Positions 27,801-39,800 of a stretch of 64,000 bases of DNA are shown piece by piece. The DNA is taken from assembly GCA_963924565.1 (NCBI GenBank), contig OZ004608.1, positions 38,812,001 through 38,876,000 of the forward strand, written 5' to 3'. Every line of letters starts with the position of its first letter. Positions within the stretch are counted from its first letter, which is position 1. A model generated the notes under the pieces. It ran no database searches. It was given only the letters and a program-made list of their open reading frames with translations, and was not told where the DNA came from. Source of the stretch: Ascidiella aspersa (taxonomy: Eukaryota). A program made the translations under genes and the position numbers.

Positions 27801-30800
27801 CGACCAACACGCGTTTTTTGCGGCGGTTTTGAGCTTCATAGCTTCAAACTGGCTTTTGTAGGTTGAACGCGGCTTGATTTGATGGTTTCTTGTTGTGTTT
27901 CAGACGAGGTTTGAGGATATATTAAGTTTAAAAGGTGTTTTAAGGCTAAGAACTGGAAATAAGCATAATGATACTAAAGAGCAATAAAAGGTTGATATGT
28001 TTCGCACTTTTGGTATTAGTTCAAGACGATATGTAAAGAAACAAGGTAATAGCTTAAAAGGTTGCGAAATACCCCGAGTCAACATGCCAGTCTTCATGGC
28101 TGCTCATTTAGAATAGCCTGTAAAGTTACAGATTTAAAACAGTTCTGTGGCTAAAAACAGTGCTAACCTTGTATGAGTTCGGTTGATGTACAAACTCTGA
28201 TTATATTGCTTTCGTTGGTTTAAAGTTGCGTCTTAGTTTAAACGTTGTCAATTGCCAAACAAGTTATACCTCTGGTGTCACACACTGCCAGAAAACACTT
28301 AAAATTGATTTTAAACTCCGCCCTTCAAAACACAGTCATAACAAACCTCTCAAACATTGCACAAGGAGAGAAAAGAATCACCTCAGGGCTTTATTTTTGC
28401 GAATTCTTGCGAAATTTTAGAGCATAATGACTGGAGGTTGTAGTTAGGCGTAGAACGAATATCAAAGCCCATACAGGAGTAGGTTGCATTTTCTGAATGA
28501 GATTCGATATCCTTACTAGGCCTGCGGAATTGTTCTGCCAGGATTAGCGAGTCCAAACGTTGTAATCCCACAAGTTTCATCACGACAAAGTCACGACGCT
28601 TGCCTCGCGCAACCTGCACCTGTTTCCGCCGCCACTTCCAAGTCACGACGCAAACCAACTTTCCAAGAAGTCAGCTCAAGGCAACCCGGCGCTTTCTTGG
28701 AAGCCAATCTACTTCCAACGCCTTGTGTGTGCTCCAAACTCCCACAAGCCAAGCAGGTTTATCGAGCTGCCTTGGACCTTTTAACCGTTCCCGCTTTGTA
28801 TTGCTAGTTTAACTAGCCGCTTAAAAAAACGTGTTGTTTCTAAATTACAATTCTCCCCAACTGATGAAGATGTAGAAGAAACGTAAATGTGCGATATAAA
28901 ATGTTAACTAGAAATCTATCTTGCTGTTGTTAAAAACTTGAGAGATGGCTACGTAACTTAAGTTAGCAACATGTCAAAACTAATGTCGGAAAAAAATGTA
29001 ATAGCCTAACGCTGTATAATTCACGTTTACTTCAAACACTTGTGCAAACTTACTTAGATGTAAAGCTAACTAGCTGAGTACCCAACAACTTATGTTAGAA
29101 ACATTAGGCCAGCAAACAGCCATTCAACTAGCCAGCTTGCGAGTCATTCAGCTAGTTGGTTAGTCAGCAGCTTGAGCCAGACTGCCAGTCGAGCCGAGCA
29201 CAGGATACGGGACCTCGTGTTGTTTTGCCTCGTGCAAATATTCTGGCCAACTGCTCATCTCGTTCTAGCCGCGCCTCGGCAGTTTTCTCTTAGTTGCTGT
29301 TTTCTTGTTGATATTATATGTAAAACAAAAAGCGAAATGCTGTTCAGTTTCAGGTCTGAAATATGCGTCGGTCGGGTCAACCTTAAAGCCAACTTAATAT
29401 AAATAAAAATCGCAATTAAACCATTTGGAACGGCCATTAGCATACTTTCTCATGTTGAATGGTGATGGCGCCTAGTGTCTAAAAGATAGACAGCAATTAA
29501 ACTGTTTGTTATGCTGGTGTATTATCAACTAATATGTGCATTGTGCGGATTTATGAAATGTTTGGAAGTTAATTTATCTTTTCGTTAGAAGCGTGTTGTT
29601 CCAAGTGCTGATCAACACTCTTCCGTTGCGTTTTGTCGTAAATATCAGCAACTGTGCAAGGTTCCACTGGATTGGTTGAACAACGGCGTCGCTTTTCGAG
29701 TGAGTTGTTTTAAGGGCAAACATTTGGGCAACGAGATTATAGTTGGTTGCGATAAAGTACTACGGTGGCTAGCCCCGGGCGTCTCAAACTGGCGTGAGTC
29801 CGACTTATTCCTGTCGCCTTTAAACTGGTTAACTTCAGCAGGTAAGTGGAATGTGATCGTTTAACGCTAAAACTGAAGGCGGGATTGGCTGTAGTTCGAT
29901 ATTACTAAAAGTTGGCTGTAGTTAAGCTCTGCCTATTTAACTGACAGATACATAGTTGTTATAGTTGCAGATAGTTCCATTAGTTTGTCATTAATAATTT
30001 AAGGGTATGTGCACTATGCACTGATCTGTAATGTAGCTTGATAAAGAATTTAAAAGGCAAAATGTCGAGTAGATTCACATCATCTTGATAAAGACGTTTC
30101 TATACGCACCTGAATCAACCTTAACTGAACAAGATACAAGCGTATTGAAACGTCTTTATCAAGAGGATGTCGATTTCCTCAACCTTTGTTTTCAACATTC
30201 TAACAATACAGTGTGCAATGTTGACGTGACAAAGGTTCAGAATTGCAGCTTGTCATAAAACCGTAGCTAATAATCTTAGAAATTAGATTTTGTTTACACT
30301 GCTTGAACTTGTGGTACATAATTCTGCGGAAGGTCGTTTTTCAGCGACATTAGCTGTGCCGTGGCTTGTTGTTGTTGGCAGTTTGTGTGTGTAATTAATT
30401 TCGCTTGTATTTCCGGCGCAAAGCAACGCTCATATCTTGTCACTAAGCGCCTGTTTATTTTAGTTGTTGTGATAATAAACGTGAGCTACAGACCGCAACC
30501 TTCAAATGAAAACGTTTTTTGTTGAAGTTGCACAACGTTACAACAACTGTATTAATAAAATTCAATGCGAGTGTCGCACAATATATTATTGTACAGTATA
30601 GTTAGTTGTTGTTCTCTTAGAATGTAGATTGAAATCTAGGCAAAAATGTTACTTGATTTGCACTTTAAGTAACCTTTTTCAAAAGTGCGACTTTTAAAAC
30701 GCCACCGTTTCACAACGTCACAATGCCGTTTGCGGGCGTCACACTGGCCCGAACAATGGCGCTTGTGTAGAGCGACGTTTAAGAGCAGTTGAGCACGCTT

Positions 30801-33800
30801 TGAGCCCCGGAGCACTGTGACGTCACTACATCCGGGAAGGAAGGCGCAGTCACGCTTGGCTGCACACGTGCCGCTACGAGCGAGCGATGAGTCACGCTTA
30901 CGTCAGCAGAATGGCGCTGCTGTTATTGGGTTCATGTGAAGCTATAAATAAGCTGGCTGGCTTCCCTATCGATCGCGCTTCCTACTAATGCTACCGCCAT
31001 ACGCAGAAAATAAGCATTGATTTTTGCAGATGCGAGAAAGCTGAATGCGTGACTGCAATGCTTTGCCACGTAACCACAAAATCGCACCAGGGTTTTGTGG
31101 AATCCATTCTTTAAGTTGAAACTAAACGGATTCGTCCATATAGTATCATTCTGTTGGAATTGTGGTGACCTTGTGTTCTTTTTTGTCAAGAAATTAATAG
31201 CAGCTACTTCGCTCTAGACACTGTTGTTTCCCCGTCGACTTTTGGAATTTTTGCTTTTTCTCATTTTACAAATCAGCTTTAGCTGAAAGTTGCTTTTCCG
31301 CTTTTGTTTGAGCAAAATTGCACAAAAAAATGTTGGAAAATTTGACTTTGGGAATTTCGCACCGCGATGTTTTTTTAACGTATTTGTTTTGAACTGTTGT
31401 TAGTTTTAATAATATCCGACTCCTTCGTCGAAGTACAACAGCTCGTAACGTAATTAATCCCTTTTTAAATAGCTAATGTGTTTTTGTAGTATACTATGCT
31501 TGCTAGCGACAGCATATTGATTCAAGTAAAGTTATGTTTACCATTTTGCCAGAGGCGCTAAAATATCACCAAAATAAGTGCGTCTGTATTATGAGCATCC
31601 GACTAAGAACGTCGCTAAAACACTGGGCTGTGCTGCGGTCGCATTAGATCGAAGTTAGATTGAGTTGTCGTGTCTCGCTCATGTGCTTCAAGTAATGGAC
31701 CGTCTGCCGATGCGACGAGTCACTAGCTGCAGATAATGTTCGGATCAATTGTGAGCTGGTATAAACAAAGTAGGTCGTGAGAGCAGCGCTCTGGCCCCGA
31801 GCCAATATATTGTGCGACGATCTTGTCTAGCGCGCTTGTGCTCATTTAGGCGAAAGTAACTTTCCGTTCGTCAGATGAACAGCACTGTAGAACAAAATGG
31901 TATTTTTGTTTAAGTTTTTAAGTTTAGTTTATATTAAAAATCTTACTACTCGGTAAGTGAGACATTTCTCGGTTGTACATGAATGCCGAGGTCACATGTA
32001 AACCAGCTTGGCAGTGTATATATAATCATATATGTTACGTTAAATTAAAGGCGTTGTTCTCGAACATTCGACACTATTGATTTTGCAATCCTGAAGCAGC
32101 AGCAGTCGTTTTATATTTATCATTGCATTAATATGTGTTGAAGTGAGTAGAGATTCGAAACGTTCACAAAATGCTCCTTATTCTATAAATGCTTTGATGT
32201 TCCTCCTACTTCTTACTAAAACCTTCAACCATTTTTCTCAGATTTTTGTTTCAGTTTGTAATTGCCTTAGTAGCGTTAAGCCCAATATTCGAACAACAAA
32301 GTTTTGTGAATCACGAAGCATCGACACACTTGCTTTGTGCTATGAGTAATCTTCAAGCTTATTACACACGGTTCAACACACGCAATATGATGCATCAAAT
32401 CATGCGTGTGTTGGCGTAGGAAGGAAATAGTTGGATGCGTGTCATCCGGGGACGACCTACAAACTAGCAACAATAGTATTATTTTGATGACGGAAAGTAT
32501 AAAAATACCTCATACATTTACTCTAAATGCAAATTTAATGCCTCGTTTGTTTTGTTGTTACGAAATTTTCACAATTACAGCTCACACAACTCTACTTTAG
32601 TTACAAAAGTAGGCTGTATTTTGAAAGAGATCGTTTACGAAATTTGGAAGCTCTGTGCACTCAGGCGTTTAAATAGTTACACAAATGATTTAAAGTTCTG
32701 CAATTGTTATATGGGCCGAAAATTTATTTTCGGGACATATCTTGTTTTAGCATGTTTTTGGATGATCAAACAGTCCTGTTGATATCATTGCAGAATAAAT
32801 TCAAAATCCACCAGTTTTAAAATGCGTATTTACTTGCTCAAGGCGTTTGTCGATACATGATATTTCAAGGTGTTTGTTCTGTTTGAAGCGGCTAATTGCG
32901 AAGGTTTCAACGCACGTCATGCTTCACTGCTCCTGGCGTTGCAACGGAAACCTGTGGTCACGCCCCACTGACCTCAGGGGTTACTCTGGGTCGTTGCGAT
33001 TCTTGTGCACTGAAGCGAGACGACCTTGGGTGGTGAAAAGTGGGTTTGTGCCGTTGAAACACGCGTGTTGGCAGAAGGTTCAACAGGACGCTTTAAGAAA
33101 AGTCTCAACAATTTTTAATCATTTTTTAAACAACATTGTTGTCGAGAAAAATTGTAACTTATGGTTGGAAATTCAAAGTTAAAAAAATTACGTTTTTTCT
33201 CAAAACTGTCAACATAATGTTATAATTTTTGGAGCATACCGGTTGGAGGTTGTTTAAGACGTAGTAAGAATTTTAAACCCTATACAAAAGTAAATAGCAA
33301 TTTGAACGTTTCGAATAAATCTTTAAAAAGATTTTACCTACCTCGATATGGGCATTGATATTCTTACAACATGTTATAATTGTATTTCGTACAAAAGTTA
33401 TGTTTTAAGCAACTTTAATTTCGCTTTTCACGCGTTAAGCTCACAGTTGCGCTTTGTCTCTCATCTTATTAATGAGAAAAAAACTAAAACCTGGTTGGCC
33501 TCTTAATTGGCTTGATAGAATTTGCGAAAGGTTAAAGTCAGGCGTGGCGTTTCTATTTGCGATGTCTGGCGCAAATTACCGAAACCATGTCGTCACTCGA
33601 TTAGTTTTGCGGGTTATTTTAGCGCTCGGCTGCTGATAAATAATGCATTGAGGCAAGGCGAATCAGCAATGGGGTCAGCCATTAGTCAATTAAACATGCT
33701 GTGTGAAAGCTAGTACTTTCGAGAGCGATGTAGCGCTACGCAAATTTGCAGTTTAGTTTATATACCAATGTATCTTATGTTTTATATTTAAGTGTCTAGA

Positions 33801-36800
33801 CACTGTTTAAAGGACTTGCACAACAATTTTTAAGTTGTTTCAAAAAGTTGTATAAAAAATGATAGTTGTGAAACGGCAGAAGTCTAGTTTCTACTTGGTT
33901 GATTGATTCTAACCAGTTTTAATTTGCCATATTGAAAAAAGTAAACCTGTGAGTTTTAAAATTTTCACAGCTCTGTAAGAATACTATTTAATTTAACTTG
34001 AAAAAGTACGTGATGCTAAGTAGGATCACACACTTTGCAAAAGGTGTAGCTACGCCTATTTGCCAAATACTGTACTTAGCGCATTTACTGGTTATAATTG
34101 CAACATGTTGTTGTAGGGTGCAGTAGACCAAAGGGCAGCATTGCCCAGTATGATAGTACGCTAACATCACGCAGGAAGTAGCTATGTACCTACTGTTGTC
34201 ATTAGTGTAGCACCCAGCGCTTGCCCAATATCGTAATTGTCCGCTTTTAGTTCCACGGCAACAACACGCACTAAAACAACAATGAGCTGATCGATTGTTG
34301 TTCGTTTGAAGCCGCTGCAACAAAGAAATGTCAGCTGTCGCGTTGTCACCGTCGTTTCGTATCGACTTTCATCTTCCATGTAATTAAAGACTTTTGGAAA
34401 ACAAGCTTTATGCTAAAAAAAACATTTTTTTGTTTTCAAAGCACTGTTTCTCAACTTTCATTTCAAGTCGACCGAAATACTAGGCGTAAGTCCAGCTTCG
34501 AAGCTTCAGCGCCCAATTTCCTTCACTGAACTTTGTTGTTAGCCAACAAAACATAAGAACATAAGAAATAAGCATGAATAAGTCTGAATTCCATAAATAT
34601 GAACTTTGTCTTTGTATTAAATCTTAAAAAACCTTGCCATGTGAATTACTGCAGTCGGCGACCCAACCGAATCAAACTGCCATACATTTTGGATGTTGGC
34701 CCATGGGCCGAGAAACGCTTAAAGAGCGCTATTTAACAAGAATTTTGGCGAAAATGTTTAAATGACAAGTATTGACCAAAGCAGGTTTCTCTGCGGGCTT
34801 TCAAGATTTATTTTCCCGCCAACGGCCGCTGCGTCATTAGCACCCCTAGGCAAACTGCTCTCTGCAGTTAATCAATAGAACGCTTCTTTATTGGAGGTCT
34901 GTGACGTATACAGCGGGCTATTATGGCGTCACACAGGGTGTAATAAGGTCGTGTTGGTGCAAGAATTGAGACAAACCAGACTGATTAGCACTCACTTAAG
35001 TAGATGTTTTCTATCTGTGAAATATCACAAATGTTAGGTTGAATTCGGCTTGATTTTAGAAAATTTGTTGAAATTGTATTCCACATATCTAGCAACCACT
35101 GCTGAAATATTTATTAGATTTTACGCATGACCGTTTATATTTAAATTTTACCAAATAATATTTTTAGCAATTCAAATTGTTGAAAAAGTCCGGTAGAGGG
35201 TTGTAGTCAGGTTGTTTGGCTGATACAAATCTAAGTTTTGCACCACAAGAAACTTTCTCCGGTCGCATAAACAGTGGTAATAAAACCTAAAGTCTTAAAT
35301 GGTTCACTTAAAGAGAAGTAAAACATCGCTGTTAAAATCCGCCGGCAAAGTGTGACTTTTTTCCCGGCGAGCTACTTCCAGCGACGTCGGCCATCTTGTT
35401 ATTTCCTGCCCAGCAACCTGAAGCAAACGAAGGGGATTAATTTGATCGATCGAAGCAGCAGCCGTCGGCAGAAACCTCCTTCAAGCCCAGTTTTATTGCG
35501 CGATCGATAGAGAGGGAAAAAGGTGCCCCCCCCAGCGCTGTACTCTACTGTGCGATTGACTGCACTAATTATGCTCTCGCCAGATGAGATTGGAAAGGCA
35601 ACGCCTTGCTTGGCTGGTGGAAATTTAACCCAGGCATGTTTAGAAATCGCATAAACGGCTTTTTGTGTCGGCCGGGAGCTTTCTTGTAAGAAGCTACCAG
35701 ATTTCGTGATTATTTTCTGCCCAGTATTGCTATTGAAGTAGTCAGTGTTTCCCATGGTTGCTTTTTCTTACGTTCTGTTCTTAGGCTAAAAAGAACTAAA
35801 ACGACTCTTATCTTTAACTGGCAGTGTTGGGACAGGCTTAGGTATAAATACAAACAAAAAATATAGTATTTTGTCACCAGTATTTTGTAAGGTTGTAAAT
35901 ATGCGATGGTAAACTGAAGTTTTGATTTTCTTAAACGCAGGTCAAAACTGCTCAGCTTAAAAGTGTCGATAAGTTGATGTTCTTGGAAATTGTTCACCCC
36001 AATAAGTTGTTTATTCGCTTCACTGAGCAGTTTTAAACCTTGCAAGCCTGCTGTTTTGTCAGCAATTGCTTCTGTCCTTTTTCACTTTCACTCGTCACAA
36101 TACGGACTTTCCCAGTCTGTGTGACATAACAGACGATCAATTGTTGCGTCGAGCTGCATGCAAAGCAGTGCTTTATTGGTGAAAGGCTGCAGACAGGTTT
36201 GGAGCAAAAAGTTCAAGTCACTCGACCAAACTGCTTGGCCCTTATCTTACCTTTGTGTATTCACGCTGGTTTGACTTCTGTCAGTTGCTGCTTCTGTAGA
36301 TTTATTTTGGTGATTGTTGAGTAGAATTGGCAATTGTCAAAATGGATTGGGCACACAGTTTGAAAACTGAGCACCTTCCGGGCAAAGCTAGACAAAAAAA
36401 TAATTTAAAATAGTATGTTGATTTTTTCATATTTTACTAGATAGCAAAACTTTATTTTCCAGAAGTTTGTCTTTAAAGTTATATTTTTAACCCCGTTTTA
36501 TATTACATTCAAAAGTGAATCAAACATCGTTCTACTCTAAAGTTTTGTCTATCTTTCAACGTGGAAAGCTTGTTTGATTGTCTTGTCACAATACGCGTGT
36601 CGCGACGCCTGCGCGTACCCGTAATGCGCAGACATGAATAATGCATGACAACCCGGCTATAACTGGCGATAAAATGCAGCTGACCTTTGGAATTTTGCCT
36701 GGCGAGCAACCAAGCTCGAGCTGCGCCTGATGATTAATGGGGATCGTGGCCTAGATTATTCTCAGCAGGCCAGAAGGCCGACCAAGCCACTGTTGTATGC

Positions 36801-39800
36801 AGCAATGCACAACAAGCTGGAAGTCACATCTGTTGCATCAGCGGGAAGCTGCTTGTGAAGTTGCTGGGAACATGTTTGTGTGTGGAATCTCCCGCAGAAT
36901 ATTGACTGGTATTTGAGTTAGGAAACTGATGATGCCTGCCTGTTTTGCACGGCAAACTATATATTTTTACGTATTCGCTCAGGCTGGTAGACTTAACATT
37001 TGCTGATTAGTAAAACCTAGTTTGGGCAGATGTTCATTAAAACATCGGCGGTAATTTAACGTAAATAATGCGTATTAAAAAATGGAATAATGCGAATTAA
37101 AAGCTAGCTATGTTAGTTTTGTGGTTTGCAAACTTGGAGAAAAAGTCGATATTTTTTGGCTCAATTCGTGAAGCACGATTTAAGAAAACGTGACAATTCT
37201 ATCTCAAAGTTTCAAAGGTAATGTTAGCTTGGGGTGGTAAGCCCACAACAGCGTAACGTCGCACCTCTATCTACAAGTGTTTCCTTGAACTGCTTTTGTG
37301 AGGTTTAGCTTCATCCATCGCTAAGGAATCTAAGTAGACCGCTTTTTTTGTTCCATTTAAGTCTGTAAAAATACCATTGCTGTAGTTTAAAGATGTATTT
37401 CAAAAGACCGCTTCGGTTTCTCAAAGCGCCTAAAAACACATTGTAAGAGCTTTTCACAAATTCACGGTCGTATGCGGTAAAATTAACGCAAGTGTAATGC
37501 GGCTGCCGTAATATATATTTATTTTTGCCACATTTATTTGACTTGCAATTTAAAATCTCAGCTATCGTTAGGAGCGAAGTTTTTCAACTCACATTAGACT
37601 TTCTAAATTCAAATAAATTAAATAAAATGGTTTTAGGTTGTCCGCACCGACAGTGAGCAGTCAATAGGTGGGAGGTGGCCGACAAAGTTTGAGAAAGTCT
37701 GTTATAGCAGGACTGGATTCGAGTGTGAGATGTAACCTGACCATATGTGCGGTGCGACAAGGGCCCAGGGCGACAGGAATTTGCTCGACGACTGAAATAA
37801 GACACCAGAGCGGTCACGGATGGGCGGGTTTAGTGAGAGCAGACCGAACTGTGCGCTACAAGACAGACTTGTGGGTTTGAAGTCGCCTTAAAAACAGCAG
37901 TTCGCCAATCTTGGCTGTACGATGTTTGGCTGTTTGGTTTTCGCTGGTTTGGCAGGCTGTTGGAGAATAATGGTTGGAAGTTGTAGTTAGACGTAGAATG
38001 AATATCAAAGCCTATAAAGAAGTTTGAAGTTTTTTATTACAGTTTCGAATAACTCGTTATTCATTTTCAACATCAAATAATGTCACTGTCTTGTCCTTAT
38101 ATCTTCTTAGTTCACTTTGACCTCGCAAAAAGTTGAGTTAAGGTAATCGGCTTGCCGAAACTTCGATGTTATATTTAGCCTTAGTATTTGTGTGGCCGCG
38201 AAAAAAGGTTGAGAAACACCGACTTAGGGAGTGAGTAACACCACGGACTTCGAACGGAATGAGCTGTCCGCATCAAACTGTTAATGTTTAACTTTGATAT
38301 ACGTCATTACTGCGGTTAGTTTCAGTAAATGTGTAAGACTTGTTGACGCCTCATGTATTATTAGTTGGCTAGAGGCCAAACCGCTACGCTCTAGTTCTTA
38401 ATTAGAAGCATTCAGTTGTTTTCTATATCCAGGCAAGGCAGGTGAGATAAACGTTGTAGTAACCCTCGACAACTATCTTCGTTGAAAGCCGTATTTGTTG
38501 AACTCTAAATCTGGAAACCAGGTGGCACTGTTGAACGATAAATTGTGTTGTAATATTGACAACCTTTCGTACAACTGTGCCAGTCAAGTTAATCCAGCGC
38601 CATTTTTATGTTTTTAAAACTTGCAAAATCGACGATTTGGCCTCTTCAACGTGATAACGACTGTTCAATTGTGGACTTAACCTTGTAATATTTCGCCGAC
38701 ATGCGCCAAATACACGCTTGCTGTCACCTGGTTTGTTAAACATTCATCTTAAGCTGCGCTCAGCATTTTGTAAATAGAAGCAGACTAGTGGTTCTCTGGT
38801 GTTGAGGAGGCCTTGTTTAACCTTTGCACTACGACCTGTCGGTCTTTCCACAGCTCTTTGTTGGTGAAATCATGTTGAACACAGTTACTGGCTGGGAAGA
38901 AATCTTTTTGTACAAGTCGTAGATTACTATAAATAAAAATGAAAGGGATTCATGAACTAATCTTCAAATTAGAAGATTTACCCCAAGAAAAATAATTTTA
39001 CAGAAAATCTGCTGTTAAAGTTGCCTATCAACAGCAAGGTTTCGAATATTGAATTTCCATTTGTTGAAATCTACAACAACGAGAAAAATGTTCTATTACT
39101 GTTTTCGACTAACCAGACCTAGCCTTAACTTACATTTATAAATTCATACTGGAAATCAGTTGGCACTGTTGACAAATTGTATTTTAATGTGAACAAGCTT
39201 TCGCACAACCTCGTGCTTAGTCGTGTTAAAACATTACAATACAAAATCCCACCTGATTACCAGAAATCAATAAAGATAGACGCAAACTGAATGTGATTGC
39301 GCGTCATTGACAACCCACCAACCAAACCTCGTATAATCAACATCTCAAAAGTCCCCTGTGCCCCCCACCCCCCACAATCGCCCGCCGCGCGCTCTCGGGT
39401 TATGAGCGGCGATTGTTGGCCTCTAATCTCATTATGACGTCATGTCCCGGCGCGCGCGATGATTGATTGTCGGTGGAGCGCTGCAGGCGGTCGGACGCCA
39501 GAAGCGAACGCGGCTTCACCTACGATCAGCGATCCAAGCTTTGGACGCTGTTTGCTGCTGGATGTCGGTGTTTTATCGCTAATGTGTTTTGGGCGTTGTT
39601 CGAGTTTCAACTTTCAAGGATGTCGGAACAAAGCAAACCTGGTTGATTACATGGGATTGGTGAAAGTGCGTAGTTATGGAAATATAATACAATGTGACTG
39701 ATTAGGAATGCGTGTTGTTACTCAAGTTAAGGCAATAGGCGCTGTAGTAAAACAAGACAAAACACTGTTAAGTTTGTGTTTTTCGCCATAAACGTTGTTG

